DNA of 32,000 bases from an uncultured Nitrososphaeraceae archaeon. Lineage in GTDB: Archaea; Thermoproteota; Nitrososphaeria; Nitrososphaerales; Nitrososphaeraceae. This document shows positions 10,427 through 19,529 of this stretch, in pieces. The stretch is from the NCBI GenBank assembly GCA_963825865.1, contig CAWGVG010000011.1:1-32000 (forward strand). Reading direction: 5' to 3'. The translations under genes and the position numbers were made by a program. The number at the start of each line of letters is the position of its first letter. The stretch's first letter is position 1. Below the pieces are notes generated by a model. That model was given only the letters and a program-made list of their open reading frames with translations. It did not search any database and had not been told where the DNA came from.

Positions 10427-10886
10427 AGAGGAAAAGGGATTAACCAAGGATGTTAGATTAGCGCTGCTGACCAAGACAGAGAAAGAATGGTTACAAGGAA
10501 ACGCTCACTTATCTTATGCTTATCAACGAAAAATAAAGAGCGATATAAAGAAAAAGCTTCAAACCTTCCAAGAATTTGAACTGCCGTTACTTTTGGAGAA
10601 AGGCCTTATTTCTTCAAGTACCGATGTTACTCCTAATTGTAACTATGTTACAGCTAATTGTAACGCCGTTACAACAGGTAGTAATGCCAAAACGCCCAAT
10701 TCTCCCTCCTTTTTACAAAACAAGGAAGCCTTGGCCGGGATTCGATCCCGGGACCTTTGCCTTACCAAGGCAACGCTCTACCAGGCTGAGCTACCAAGGC
10801 ACCAAGACCAAGGATTGAACATGAATACAAGGGTTTCATTAAGGTATCTCCTTACGCTTTTTGTAACGTTTAATTACAGTATCTAG
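10416..10886 (+). CDS. Hypothetical regulator-like protein; the ORF reads antisense through the whole tRNA-Thr gene, so its C-terminal part is probably not real
   Basis: The N-terminal ~70 aa (LTKTEKEWLQGNAHLSYAYQRKIKSDIKKKLQTFQEFELPLLLEKGL) look like a helical DNA-binding-type domain. After about aa 70 the frame passes through a GTAAC/GTTAC repeat array (VTPNCNYVTANCNAVT). It then crosses the complement of tRNA-Thr (..EALAGIRSRDL..). Confidence 0.35.
   Translation: MRVKEEKGLTKDVRLALLTKTEKEWLQGNAHLSYAYQRKIKSDIKKKLQTFQEFELPLLLEKGLISSSTDVTPNCNYVTANCNAVTTGSNAKTPNSPSFLQNKEALAGIRSRDLCLTKATLYQAELPRHQDQGLNMNTRVSLRYLLTLFVTFNYSI
10583..10672. repeat. Array of GTTAC/GTAAC pentamers, including a 21-bp-periodic CTAATTGTAAC direct repeat and a TTGTAAC-gcc-GTTACAA palindrome
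   Basis: Read directly from the sequence. GTTAC occurs at 10586, 10626, 10647 and 10668; GTAAC at 10639 and 10660. CTAATTGTAAC occurs at 10633-10643 and 10654-10664. GCCGTTAC occurs at 10583-10590 and 10665-10672. Confidence 0.6.
10727..10800 (-). tRNA. tRNA-Thr (anticodon GGU)
   Basis: Manual cloverleaf on the minus strand: acceptor GCCTTGG/CCAAGGC; D arm GCTC-AGCCTGGTA-GAGC; anticodon arm TTGCC-TTGGTAA-GGCAA; variable AGGTC; T arm CCGGG-ATCGAAT-CCCGG; discriminator T. CCA is not encoded. Confidence 0.9.
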
Positions 10887-10906
10887 AATTAAATCGGTTT
10901 GCTGAG

Positions 10907-11028
10907 GCGGGGGTTGTAGAGCCTGGCCAAATAGGTAAAATAAAGAAAATTGGAGACGCGGGACTTAAGATCTCAAATGGGTGATCCCGTCCCTTAGGGG
11001 TTCGTGGGTTCGAATCCCACCCCCCGCA
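10907..11028 (+). tRNA. tRNA-Leu (anticodon UAA) with two introns: non-canonical in the D arm (10934-10956) and canonical 37/38 (about 10970-10983)
   Basis: Acceptor GCGGGGG/CCCCCGC plus discriminator A. T arm GTGGG-TTCGAAT-CCCAC. Long variable arm TCCCTTAGGGGTTC. Anticodon arm CGGGA-CTTAAGA-TCCCG, interrupted by 14 nt. D stem GTA/TAC forms only after 23 nt (GGTAAAATAAAGAAAATTGGAGA) are removed. The mature length would be 85 nt, collinear with typical archaeal tRNA-Leu. Confidence 0.8.
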
Positions 11029-11035
11029 CACGTTT

Positions 11036-11674
11036 TTATTTATACTGACTTATCTTGGAATCCATTACTGTTTTGATAAACTGTCTGTGAAGTCTATCAT
11101 CCCCAGATAATTCTGGATGGAAGGAGGTACCAAAAATGTTCTTTTGTTTTACTGCAACAATTTTATTATTAAATGTGGCTATTACCTCTACTCCATTTCC
11201 TACTTCTCTTACAACAGGAGATCTGATAAAGACACCTTTGAAGTTATCCTTACCCAGAAATGGCATTTGAAGATCAACCTCAAACGAATCGTTCTGTCTT
11301 CCAAATGCATTTCGTTCGACAACAATATCCAAATTACCCATTAATTGTTGCTTTGTTTCGCCTACTACTCTGTCATATGCATGTTTTGAAAGCATAATCA
11401 TTCCAGCACAAGTTCCCATTACAGGCATACCATTAGACACAAGTCTTTTGATGGTCTGGAGTACCCCTCCTTGTATTGCAACTAGAATACTAATTACAGA
11501 GCTTTCACCTCCGGGTATGATTAAACTATCAACTTTTTCAATCTCTTCAGAATAGCGAACAGGTTCTACGCTGCCTCTTACTCCCATATGTTTTAATGTG
11601 TCCTTACTAGCCGCTATGTTTTCCTCAATATCACCTTGAACCCCCAATACTCCGATTATAATTTCATTTTTCAA
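11036..11674 (-). CDS. pdxT: Pyridoxal 5'-phosphate synthase, glutaminase subunit PdxT
   Basis: 212-aa ORF with [25 protein letters not shown] (catalytic Cys), VERNAFGRQ and FHPELS motifs. There is a 4-nt overlap with pdxS upstream. Confidence 0.92.
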   Translation of the reverse strand: MKNEIIIGVLGVQGDIEENIAASKDTLKHMGVRGSVEPVRYSEEIEKVDSLIIPGGESSVISILVAIQGGVLQTIKRLVSNGMPVMGTCAGMIMLSKHAYDRVVGETKQQLMGNLDIVVERNAFGRQNDSFEVDLQMPFLGKDNFKGVFIRSPVVREVGNGVEVIATFNNKIVAVKQKNIFGTSFHPELSGDDRLHRQFIKTVMDSKISQYK

Positions 11675-12642
11675 GTAGAGGGTCCTCGTTCCTGCATTTT
11701 TAATTCGAGATTCTTCGTGTCAAGTCCAAGCATAGATTTTTTCTCGTCAACCATCTTTTGTGCCTCAACAACGATCTTTGGATTATCATAATATGTGGTG
11801 GCAAGTACTATTGCTCTTGCCCGCTGAGCAGCATCATCTGATTTGAAAATACCAGAACCAACAAATATGCCATCACATCCAAGGTTCATAAGAAATGCTG
11901 CATCAGCAGGAGTAGATATTCCACCTGCGGCAAAATTTACTATAGGTAGTCGGCCTAGACGTGCGGTCTCTTCAACCAATGAGAAAGAAACTTTCAGTTC
12001 CCTTGCCACTTTTATTAATTCTTGATTATCATGATCTTGATAGATTGAGCGGATCCTGCGAACCTGATTATTTAGCATCTTAATATGGGTAACGGCTTCG
12101 GCAACATTTCCTGTTCCTGGTTCACCCTTTGTTCTAATCATGGCACATCCTTCCTCAATTCTTCTTAAAGCTTCGTCAAGGTTTTTTGCACCATTGACAA
12201 ATGGTGTAGTATAATCCCATTTCCAAATGTGTCGTTCTTCATCTGCAGGAGTCAAAACTTCGCTTTCGTCTATCATATCTACGCCTGTTGTTTCCAAAAC
12301 TTTAGCTTCTGAAACATGACCAATTCTGCACTTTGCCATTATAGGAATGGTAACAGCATCCATAATCTCCTTGATTACCATAACGTTAGCAGTTCTAGCA
12401 ACGCCTCCGGCCTTTCTTACATCGTATGGTAATTTATCTAAAACCATAACAGCAACTGCGCCAGCATCTTCGGCGATTTGTGCTTGTTCGACATTGGTAA
12501 CATCCATAATCGCTCCATGTTTTTGCATATGTGCAAAACCACGTTTGACCAAAGTAGTTCCTCGAACGACATGGGTATTTTCAATGGTTGTGAAGGTCAT
12601 GCCCTTAGATTCAAGTTCAGTAGGCACAATAGATATTGTCAT
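11671..12642 (-). CDS. pdxS: Pyridoxal 5'-phosphate synthase, lyase subunit PdxS
   Basis: 323-aa ORF with [63 protein letters not shown] and [12 protein letters not shown]. Confidence 0.95.
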   Translation of the reverse strand: MTISIVPTELESKGMTFTTIENTHVVRGTTLVKRGFAHMQKHGAIMDVTNVEQAQIAEDAGAVAVMVLDKLPYDVRKAGGVARTANVMVIKEIMDAVTIPIMAKCRIGHVSEAKVLETTGVDMIDESEVLTPADEERHIWKWDYTTPFVNGAKNLDEALRRIEEGCAMIRTKGEPGTGNVAEAVTHIKMLNNQVRRIRSIYQDHDNQELIKVARELKVSFSLVEETARLGRLPIVNFAAGGISTPADAAFLMNLGCDGIFVGSGIFKSDDAAQRARAIVLATTYYDNPKIVVEAQKMVDEKKSMLGLDTKNLELKMQERGPST

Positions 12643-13286
12643 CGATCTCAGTTCTTAGAATGCTTTATTTAGATATTAATTTTTCTTATTACTTTGAATT
12701 TTGAAATTACGATAACTTGTGACGCAAGAGTTTTCACGATAAGATAAGCTTTCCATTGCAAAAATTCGAATCTATTCAAGGAAATATTTCTATTCATTAC
12801 CTAACTTAATTTTTGGAAAATATTTTGTAGGGCATAGTGTTTTAGATATTTGTATAAATCAGTGTCTGGTAAAGCTTTGGCTGTTTGATGTTGAAAAATT
12901 ATTAACTTCCACTTCTTTGTAGTAGATTTGTAAAAGTCAAATATAATTATCGGAATATCGAGATTGCAGATTACCAAAATTTTTCGAATAATAAAGGAGT
13001 CGGCATCGTTATTATTTTTAATTCCTATTATTGTTATATTCAGTATCTTTCTTTTTGTTAGAACAGGTTTTATTTCAAAATAATAATAATAATAAATAGT
13101 ACGACGGGTTATTATGCTTATTTCGGTAATAACGCATAACAACTGCGATATCAACTAGCTACAAAATTAGATTATTAGCTTTCTATAATATGGGCAACAT
13201 CTTTTACCATTTTTTCTTAAATATACTGCATCAGCAATGTAAATGTTACCCAAAATCCCTCAAATCAATATCTGTGATCAGATGAT

Positions 13287-13490
13287 ATGTGTGTAAAGTA
13301 TAATAAGTTTAAAGGGAACACAGTACATTGCACTAGGTTGGCAGATAACATTAGAAAAGCAAGTGGCGAGGGGACCAGTTGTGATTATTGTGGAAATCCA
13401 ATAGAGGCCTGTATGTGTGTATGCCCTTATTGCGGCGAGACAGACACATGCGAGTGTTGCCTGTATGATGCCGCAACAGGCGGCGGTTAG
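13287..13490 (+). CDS. Small cysteine-rich protein (11 Cys in 67 aa), metal-binding-like
   Basis: ATG-started ORF ending ..SCDYCGNPIEACMCVCPYCGETDTCECCLYDAATGGG. I do not recognise a family. The overlapping antisense ORF 13278-13652 is considered a shadow. Confidence 0.4.
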   Translation: MCVKYNKFKGNTVHCTRLADNIRKASGEGTSCDYCGNPIEACMCVCPYCGETDTCECCLYDAATGGG

Positions 13491-13572
13491 CAGATAGAAT
13501 ATAGAGTTCAGACTAAATTTTCTTTTAATTCTAAAGCAATAAAAGAAGGAAGAGACCCGACTAGTTTTAACG

Positions 13573-15531
13573 ATGACCGAATCAAAAATCGCAAATTCAT
13601 TAACATGGGTTATAGGAGGAGCACAGGGAAGCGGCGTTGATTCTGCGGCCAATATTTTCTCTAAAGCTTGCTCAAATGGCGGATTACATATTTTTGGTAA
13701 ACGAGAATATTATTCTAATATCAAAGGTGAACACAGTTATTTTACTGTAAGAGTATCAGACAATCAAATTCATTCGCATGTTGACGATATTGATATACTT
13801 GTTTCTTTTGATGCTGAAACAATATTTAGGCATGGAGATAAGGTAACAAAAGGGGGAGCGATAATTTATGATTCAGATTCCGCCAAAACAACTATTCAAG
13901 AAGTTCCAACTCTAGATGATTATGCTTGTGTAAGAATTACCAGAATGCTAGAAGAGGCCCATAAACCAGTGACTGTTCAAGGCATGTTGGATTACGCTAA
14001 GGATAAGGGAACTATCCTCTACCAGATTCCATATTTTCAAATACTCAAAGAATTCTCAGAAAAGGTTAATGACCATTCCCTGAGCAAACTTACAAGAATG
14101 ATTAACGTGATGGCATTATCAGCCTCAATGGCGATTTTAGATTTTGATACTGGCGTACTGGCTAAAGCAATCAAATATGTCTTTAAAACAAAACCAAAGA
14201 TTGCTGACATCAATATAGGCAGCAGCAAATTATTCCTATAACTATATAAAATCTAAATATGATGAAACAGGCTTCAAATTTAAGCTCACATGTAACAAAC
14301 CATCTTCAGATATAATTCTTGTGCAGGGAAATCAATCCTCCGCAATGGGAAAGATAGTAGCAGGATGCAGATTCCAGACATATTATCCTATAACACCTGC
14401 AAGCGACGACAGTGAGTTTTTAGAGTCTAATCAGATAATAGAACAGGCCTATGACGGCAGAAAAGGCTCGATATTAGTTATCCAAACTGAAGATGAAATA
14501 GCCGCAATAACGATGGCAATAGGCGGAGCTTTGACTGGGTGTACGTTCAGCCACTGCTACTTCAGGTCCTGGTTTTTCTTTAATGGCTGAGGCACTCGGC
14601 TGGGCAGGAATAAACGAAGTTCCAGTCGTAGTCTCATTATATCAGCGTGCTGGTCCATCCACAGGTCTTCCAACTAGGCACGAACAAGGTGATTTGATGT
14701 TTGCTATTAATTGTGGACACGGAGAATTTCCAAAAATTGTTTTTGCTTCTGGTGATATTCAAGAAAGTTTCTATGATACTATAAAGGTATTCAATTTTGC
14801 TGAAAAATATCAGCTGCCTGTCATACATGTGCTCGATAAGGCGATCGCAAACAGTCTCACGACATGTAAGATTTTCGATCAACGCAGTATCAACATAGAC
14901 AGAGGACAATTATTAGAAAATGTTCCCCAATTTGCTGAAACTGGAACTGCTGGCAATTACCGAAGATTCAAGCTGGATGTAAATCCAATTTCACCTCGTA
15001 TCGCTCTTGGCAAAGAAAATGGAATTTTCTGGAATACAGGAGACGAGCATACTGAAGAAGGCCATATCACAGAAGATCCAGACAATAGGATTAAAATGAT
15101 GAATAAGCGAATGAGCAAGTTGGATGTTGCTTTAAAGGAAATACCCGATGAAGACAAAGCAAAAGCATATGGTCAAGATGATCCATCAGGTGGCATTACA
15201 ATCGTAAGTTGGGGATCTACCAAGGGAGCAATTCTAGATGCAATGGATAGGTTAGTAGCAGAAGGAAAAAAGGTCAAGTTTATTCAAATTAGATTAATGC
15301 ATCCATTTCCCTCTGCATTAATAGAAAAAATGCTAGTTAATAGCAAGGTTTTGGTAGATATTGAAATGAATTATACTTCCCAACTGGGAGTTCTCATAAA
15401 GCAGAATTTGAGCTGCAACATCGACTATAGAATTGTCAAATATAATGGTAGGCCAATGTCGTCGAGTGAAGTTTATAACGCTTTAATGAGTATAATCAAT
15501 GGAAATGCTAAAAGGAGAATTGTTTTAGAGC

Positions 15532-15542
<11 letters not shown>
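13573..15542 (+). CDS. 2-oxoacid:ferredoxin oxidoreductase, alpha subunit (fused gamma+alpha domains), two frameshifts
   Basis: Three ORF pieces (13573-14241, 14321-14590, 14583-15542) form one protein. The gamma-like N-terminus is IGGAQGSGVDSAANIF. The alpha part is QGNQSSAMGKIVAGCRF.TYYPITPASD..TEDEIAAITMAIGGALTG/VRSATATSGPGFSLMAEALGWAG..PVV. Removing one G at 14218-14219 and one G from GGG at 14537-14539 restores the frame. Confidence 0.85.
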
Positions 15543-16501
<959 letters not shown>

Positions 16502-16683
16502 ATCATGTCAATTTCTAGTCTTTCCGACAAAACGCCTATGATATGATGTTATGCTCATGACGACAGAGATAGATCTTTTCCAATAAACACATTTTCTTTG
16601 TAATTAAGAACTAAATGATTTTAAGGGTACATCACCTTTCAGCAATGATTCTCTCCTAATAATTACTAATCAACTTAAAATGA

Positions 16684-16719
16684 TAAGAAAAAAGAGAAAG
16701 AAAATTTGGGAGATTTTTC
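16684..16719 (-). terminator. T-rich tract (sense strand) just downstream of the frame-corrected amoA stop
   Basis: The sense strand reads ..AAATTTTCTTTCTCTTTTTTCTTATCATTTT. Oligo-T tracts act as archaeal termination signals. Assignment is by position only. Confidence 0.35.
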
Positions 16720-16721
16720 AG

Positions 16722-17373
16722 TTAGTCCCACTTGCTCCATGCGGCCATCCATCTATACGTCCACGTGTTCAGTTTTGCACCTAACGCTGCCTATAGGGAC
16801 AGTTAGCACCGCGCCCGCACCTGAACCCAATGCTACAGGACTGTTGTAGAATTTACCGACCTGAGGCTCTATAGGTGTCATATAGGGAGGAAGTGTAGGT
16901 CTTGGATACTTGAACGCGACCTCGAGAGGATCCCTTACCAGCAATAGGTTTATCATGTTGAACATTGGGAGCGATAGACCAATCAAGGTTCCGCCAATAA
17001 TTATGGCAGCATGCTTATTTCGTCTAGTAGCCCAATACGTAAGGTCTAACAACATTGCTGATGGTATCCATACTGGTGTCGTAACGAAATCATATGGGTA
17101 CCCTAATGCAAACCATGCACCCTTAGCAACCCACGTATAGATTGTCATAATGGTTGCATAGTATGTAGCGGTTCCTGGAACCCCTGTAAAGAGCATATAA
17201 TAGATAGCTCCTACCGCAAGCATAGTCGATTGTGAAATCGAAAATACGACAAATGAAGTCCAAGCCCAGTCAGTATAGAAGATGTAGTCTCCTGCGTTAA
17301 TAGTCAGCAGAGTACTATTTACGGCAACTACAACTATGAACAGATAGTGTGTTGTTCGTCTAAGCCAGACCAT
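16722..17373 (-). CDS. amoA: Archaeal ammonia monooxygenase subunit A, with a 1-nt frameshift near the C-terminus
   Basis: MVWLRRTTHYLFIVVVAVNSTLLTINAGDYIFYTDWAWTSF.. is near-identical to group I.1b AmoA as I recall it. The ORF-track frame ends aberrantly (..VPIGSVRCKTEHVDV*, stop at 16753). The +1 frame encodes the canonical tail AALGAKLNTWTYRWMAAWSKWD*, ending at 16722. The likely ATG is at 17373; the track uses a TTG at 17379. Confidence 0.95.
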
Positions 17374-17394
17374 TACCAACCTACTCTATGATGC

Positions 17395-17404
17395 TATATA
17401 TAAA
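17395..17404 (-). promoter_or_regulatory. TATA-like box (TTTATATATA on the sense strand) about 22-31 nt upstream of the amoA ATG
   Basis: Read directly from the sequence. The spacing implies a leaderless or near-leaderless transcript. Confidence 0.4.
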
Positions 17405-17567
17405 ATTTTATTTCAGGTATTCTTATCATTTGTAAGCGGTAAAATACATATGTATGACTGTCATATTCCTCACATCTGAATAATTCATCTGAATACTTAA
17501 TCACTCTTGAGGCATAGATATCTAGGAAAAATCAAGTTATAATAAAAAATAAGATAGAAGAAGGTGC

Positions 17568-17861
17568 TTATGCACGAACTGGTTTTTCTGTTGCAATCTT
17601 CATCATGAAAAAGAATCCCAGTGCTTCAATTACTGTCAGAACAGACAGCGCATACATGCCACTTGGCAATGGATATGCCCATGGATAGATTGTTACACCT
17701 ACATAAATTCCACCTGCAGTGGCTACCCAGCATAGTATAAACCCCATTATGAGGATACCTTTCATATTTTCAACTCTACGGCCAATCATTTTCTCTACAT
17801 CGTCTCGACTACCGCCACTGCCGCCAGTACCACCCTTGCCATACCCTTTAGGTAAAGTCAT
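17568..17861 (-). CDS. amoX: AmoX, small membrane protein encoded between amoA and amoC in AOA
   Basis: About 97 aa. Gly-rich N-terminus, then two hydrophobic helices (GILIMGFILCWVATAGGIYVGV and MYALSVLTVIEALGFFFMMKI). The position between amoA and amoC matches the conserved archaeal arrangement. A TTTAAAA box at 17885-17891 lies about 25-30 nt upstream. Confidence 0.8.
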   Translation of the reverse strand: MTLPKGYGKGGTGGSGGSRDDVEKMIGRRVENMKGILIMGFILCWVATAGGIYVGVTIYPWAYPLPSGMYALSVLTVIEALGFFFMMKIATEKPVRA

Positions 17862-18052
17862 CAAATATACATCAAAACATGCCCTTTTAAATTTTGCTGT
17901 TAAGGCGATTATTTCTGATAATGCTGGAATGAAAAGTTGCTATTGTTAAATTGGATGCTCTAAGAGGGTTTTGTATGATTGCTGCGAAATAGCGTGTCAT
18001 AATTTATGTATTCAAACAATTAATAAGACAAAAGTTAACTTGTAAGAATAAT

Positions 18053-18091
18053 AAAAAAAGAGAAAAGAGGAGGGTCTAAACCCAAAAGACC
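18053..18091 (-). terminator. Hairpin GGTCT-(9)-AGACC followed by a T-rich tract, downstream of amoC
   Basis: The sense strand reads GGTCTTTTGGGTTTAGACCCTCCTCTTTTCTCTTTTTTT, starting about 25 nt after the amoC stop. Confidence 0.4.
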
Positions 18092-18114
18092 TATTTTGCA
18101 ACGTCTCTTTATTT

Positions 18115-18678
18115 CTATGGGATAGATCTGCTATACAACTTGCCTTCCAATGCTAGCTTGTACATTTCGGCTACGTATGGATTCTTTGCTGGTGTTTCTG
18201 CACCCAATTCTACCAGACGCGCATAAACCCTTACTACATATGCAAGAGCGCCCATGAAAGCCACAACGACTCCCATGTTAAACATCCAGTGATTAGGGAC
18301 TGAAAATATTTCCTCTACGAACCAGAAATGCCACAATTCATTGACTCCAATTGTAAACATAGTTGCCAAGTAACCGATGATGGTTATCTTCAGACCGGTA
18401 TTCATAGAGTTGTTGGGACCTCTAAGAATTGGTACTTTTCTGTCATACATCGCCACAAATCCCCATCCTAATGGAAGAGCTACAAAGTGGCTGTATAACC
18501 ACCAGTGTGCTGGAGTGAATGCACTGTCACGAATAGCAGTTTGATGCAGTGATCCATCAACAAAGTTATCTACCTCTACCGATGCTGCAATTGAACCTAG
18601 CATTATAACCATAATGTAGATCTTCTTCAGTCGTTGGATTTCGACTTCTTTTGGTATCAGTGCTGGCATCTGTGCCAT
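18115..18678 (-). CDS. amoC: Archaeal ammonia monooxygenase subunit C
   Basis: MAQMPALIPKEVEIQRLKKI..HQTAIRDSAFTPAHWWLYSHFVALPLGWG..NELWHFWFVEE.. matches archaeal AmoC. The likely ATG is at 18678; the track uses a TTG at 18687. A TATA-like TATTTATAT (sense strand, plus coordinates 18707-18715) lies about 30 nt upstream. Confidence 0.95.
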   Translation of the reverse strand: MAQMPALIPKEVEIQRLKKIYIMVIMLGSIAASVEVDNFVDGSLHQTAIRDSAFTPAHWWLYSHFVALPLGWGFVAMYDRKVPILRGPNNSMNTGLKITIIGYLATMFTIGVNELWHFWFVEEIFSVPNHWMFNMGVVVAFMGALAYVVRVYARLVELGAETPAKNPYVAEMYKLALEGKLYSRSIP

Positions 18679-18850
18679 ATTGTTCAATTGTTACCTTGTT
18701 GAAGTGATATAAATAGGGTTGTCTAGATAATTGGCTCTAATCGATGTAATTAATTTTAAATATTAATATTAATATTATATTACCTACATGTTATTATTGA
18801 TTTGTTATGAATATGATAACAGTATATTAGTACATCAGTAATGCTAATCA

Positions 18851-18867
18851 CATATGATAATCATATG
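18851..18867. promoter_or_regulatory. Perfect 8-1-8 palindrome CATATGAT-A-ATCATATG in the divergent amoC/amoB intergenic region
   Basis: Read directly from the sequence. It lies about 20 nt upstream of the amoB TATA-like AAATATATATC (18888-18898). The 9-mer ATATGATAA recurs at 18811-18819, inside a second hairpin, TGTTAT-(7)-ATAACA. Confidence 0.45.
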
Positions 18868-18931
18868 TTGTTCTATATTCCCATAGTAAAATATATATCT
18901 TTGTTCCTGCTGGTAAGGATAGTATAGCAAT

Positions 18932-19489
18932 ATGATAAATAGCAGGACATTCTTTGTGATCGGTCTAGTGGCGGTCATGGTATTGTCTACAGCATTTGCG
19001 TTCCTGCCAGTCGCAGAGGGACATGGTGTACAAGCACAGCTACAAAGTAGATTCGTAAAAATTGCCGATGAATCATTTTCGGCTCAAACGGTTCATACCG
19101 GTGATACAATTACAGTCAAGGGCACACTGCAAAGCCTAGTCAATAGACCTCTTAGAGCATGGTTATCGTTATTTAGTGAATCAACCAATGCAGGCAATAG
19201 ATGGGAATTTATTGCTAGGGATCCACCAGGAAACATATTTGACATTCCACCTCAAGGAACGATCCCATACTCCATTACAGCAAAAGCATTAGAGCCTGGT
19301 ATCTACCATGTACATACACAGCTTAATATAGAGCACATAGGTCCAGGTCTGGGTCCAGGACAAACCGTTCAAGTAACTGGCGAACCAATCTATAAACCGG
19401 TACCATGGGGAAATGTAGTATATCAGTGTATTCTGATTGGCGCAGGCCTTGGTGTAACATTCGCTACAAGACCATGGCAAGTCATCTAA
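18932..19489 (+). CDS. amoB: Archaeal ammonia monooxygenase subunit B
   Basis: 185 aa. A signal-like N-terminus is followed by HGVQAQLQSRF (the conserved N-terminal His region of archaeal AmoB), a cupredoxin-like body and a C-terminal TM helix (VVYQCILIGAGLGVTFA). Confidence 0.93.
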   Translation: MINSRTFFVIGLVAVMVLSTAFAFLPVAEGHGVQAQLQSRFVKIADESFSAQTVHTGDTITVKGTLQSLVNRPLRAWLSLFSESTNAGNRWEFIARDPPGNIFDIPPQGTIPYSITAKALEPGIYHVHTQLNIEHIGPGLGPGQTVQVTGEPIYKPVPWGNVVYQCILIGAGLGVTFATRPWQVI

Positions 19490-19511
19490 AAAAAGCGGAA
19501 AACTAAATCTC

Positions 19512-19529
19512 ATTTTTCTTTTACTTTTT
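19512..19529 (+). terminator. T-rich tract downstream of amoB
   Basis: ATTTTTCTTTTACTTTTT begins about 22 nt after the amoB stop. Assignment is by position only. Confidence 0.35.

Noticed and set aside
12801-13154. 117-aa minus-strand ORF in the pdxS-OFOR intergenic region.
   Set aside because: It is highly AT-driven and low-complexity (YYYYY, IIIFDF, NNND), with no motif and no clear promoter. It may be real, but I cannot support it.
7127-13652. Long antisense or overlapping ORFs in the track, for example 7273-7725(-), 8438-9151(-), 9754-9957(-), 10576-10818(+), 11843-12672(+) and 13278-13652(-). Similar ones lie elsewhere in the window, for example 22237-22705(+).
   Set aside because: They lie opposite to, or out of frame within, genes with strong family signatures. 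Their products are low-complexity with no recognisable motifs. I treat them as shadow ORFs.
3706-14848. The GC-rich 8-bp palindrome GCGATCGC occurs twice (3706-3713 and 14841-14848) in very AT-rich DNA.
   Set aside because: Two occurrences are only mildly above expectation. One lies in a normal coding context. There is too little evidence for an iterated-palindrome or restriction-related signal.
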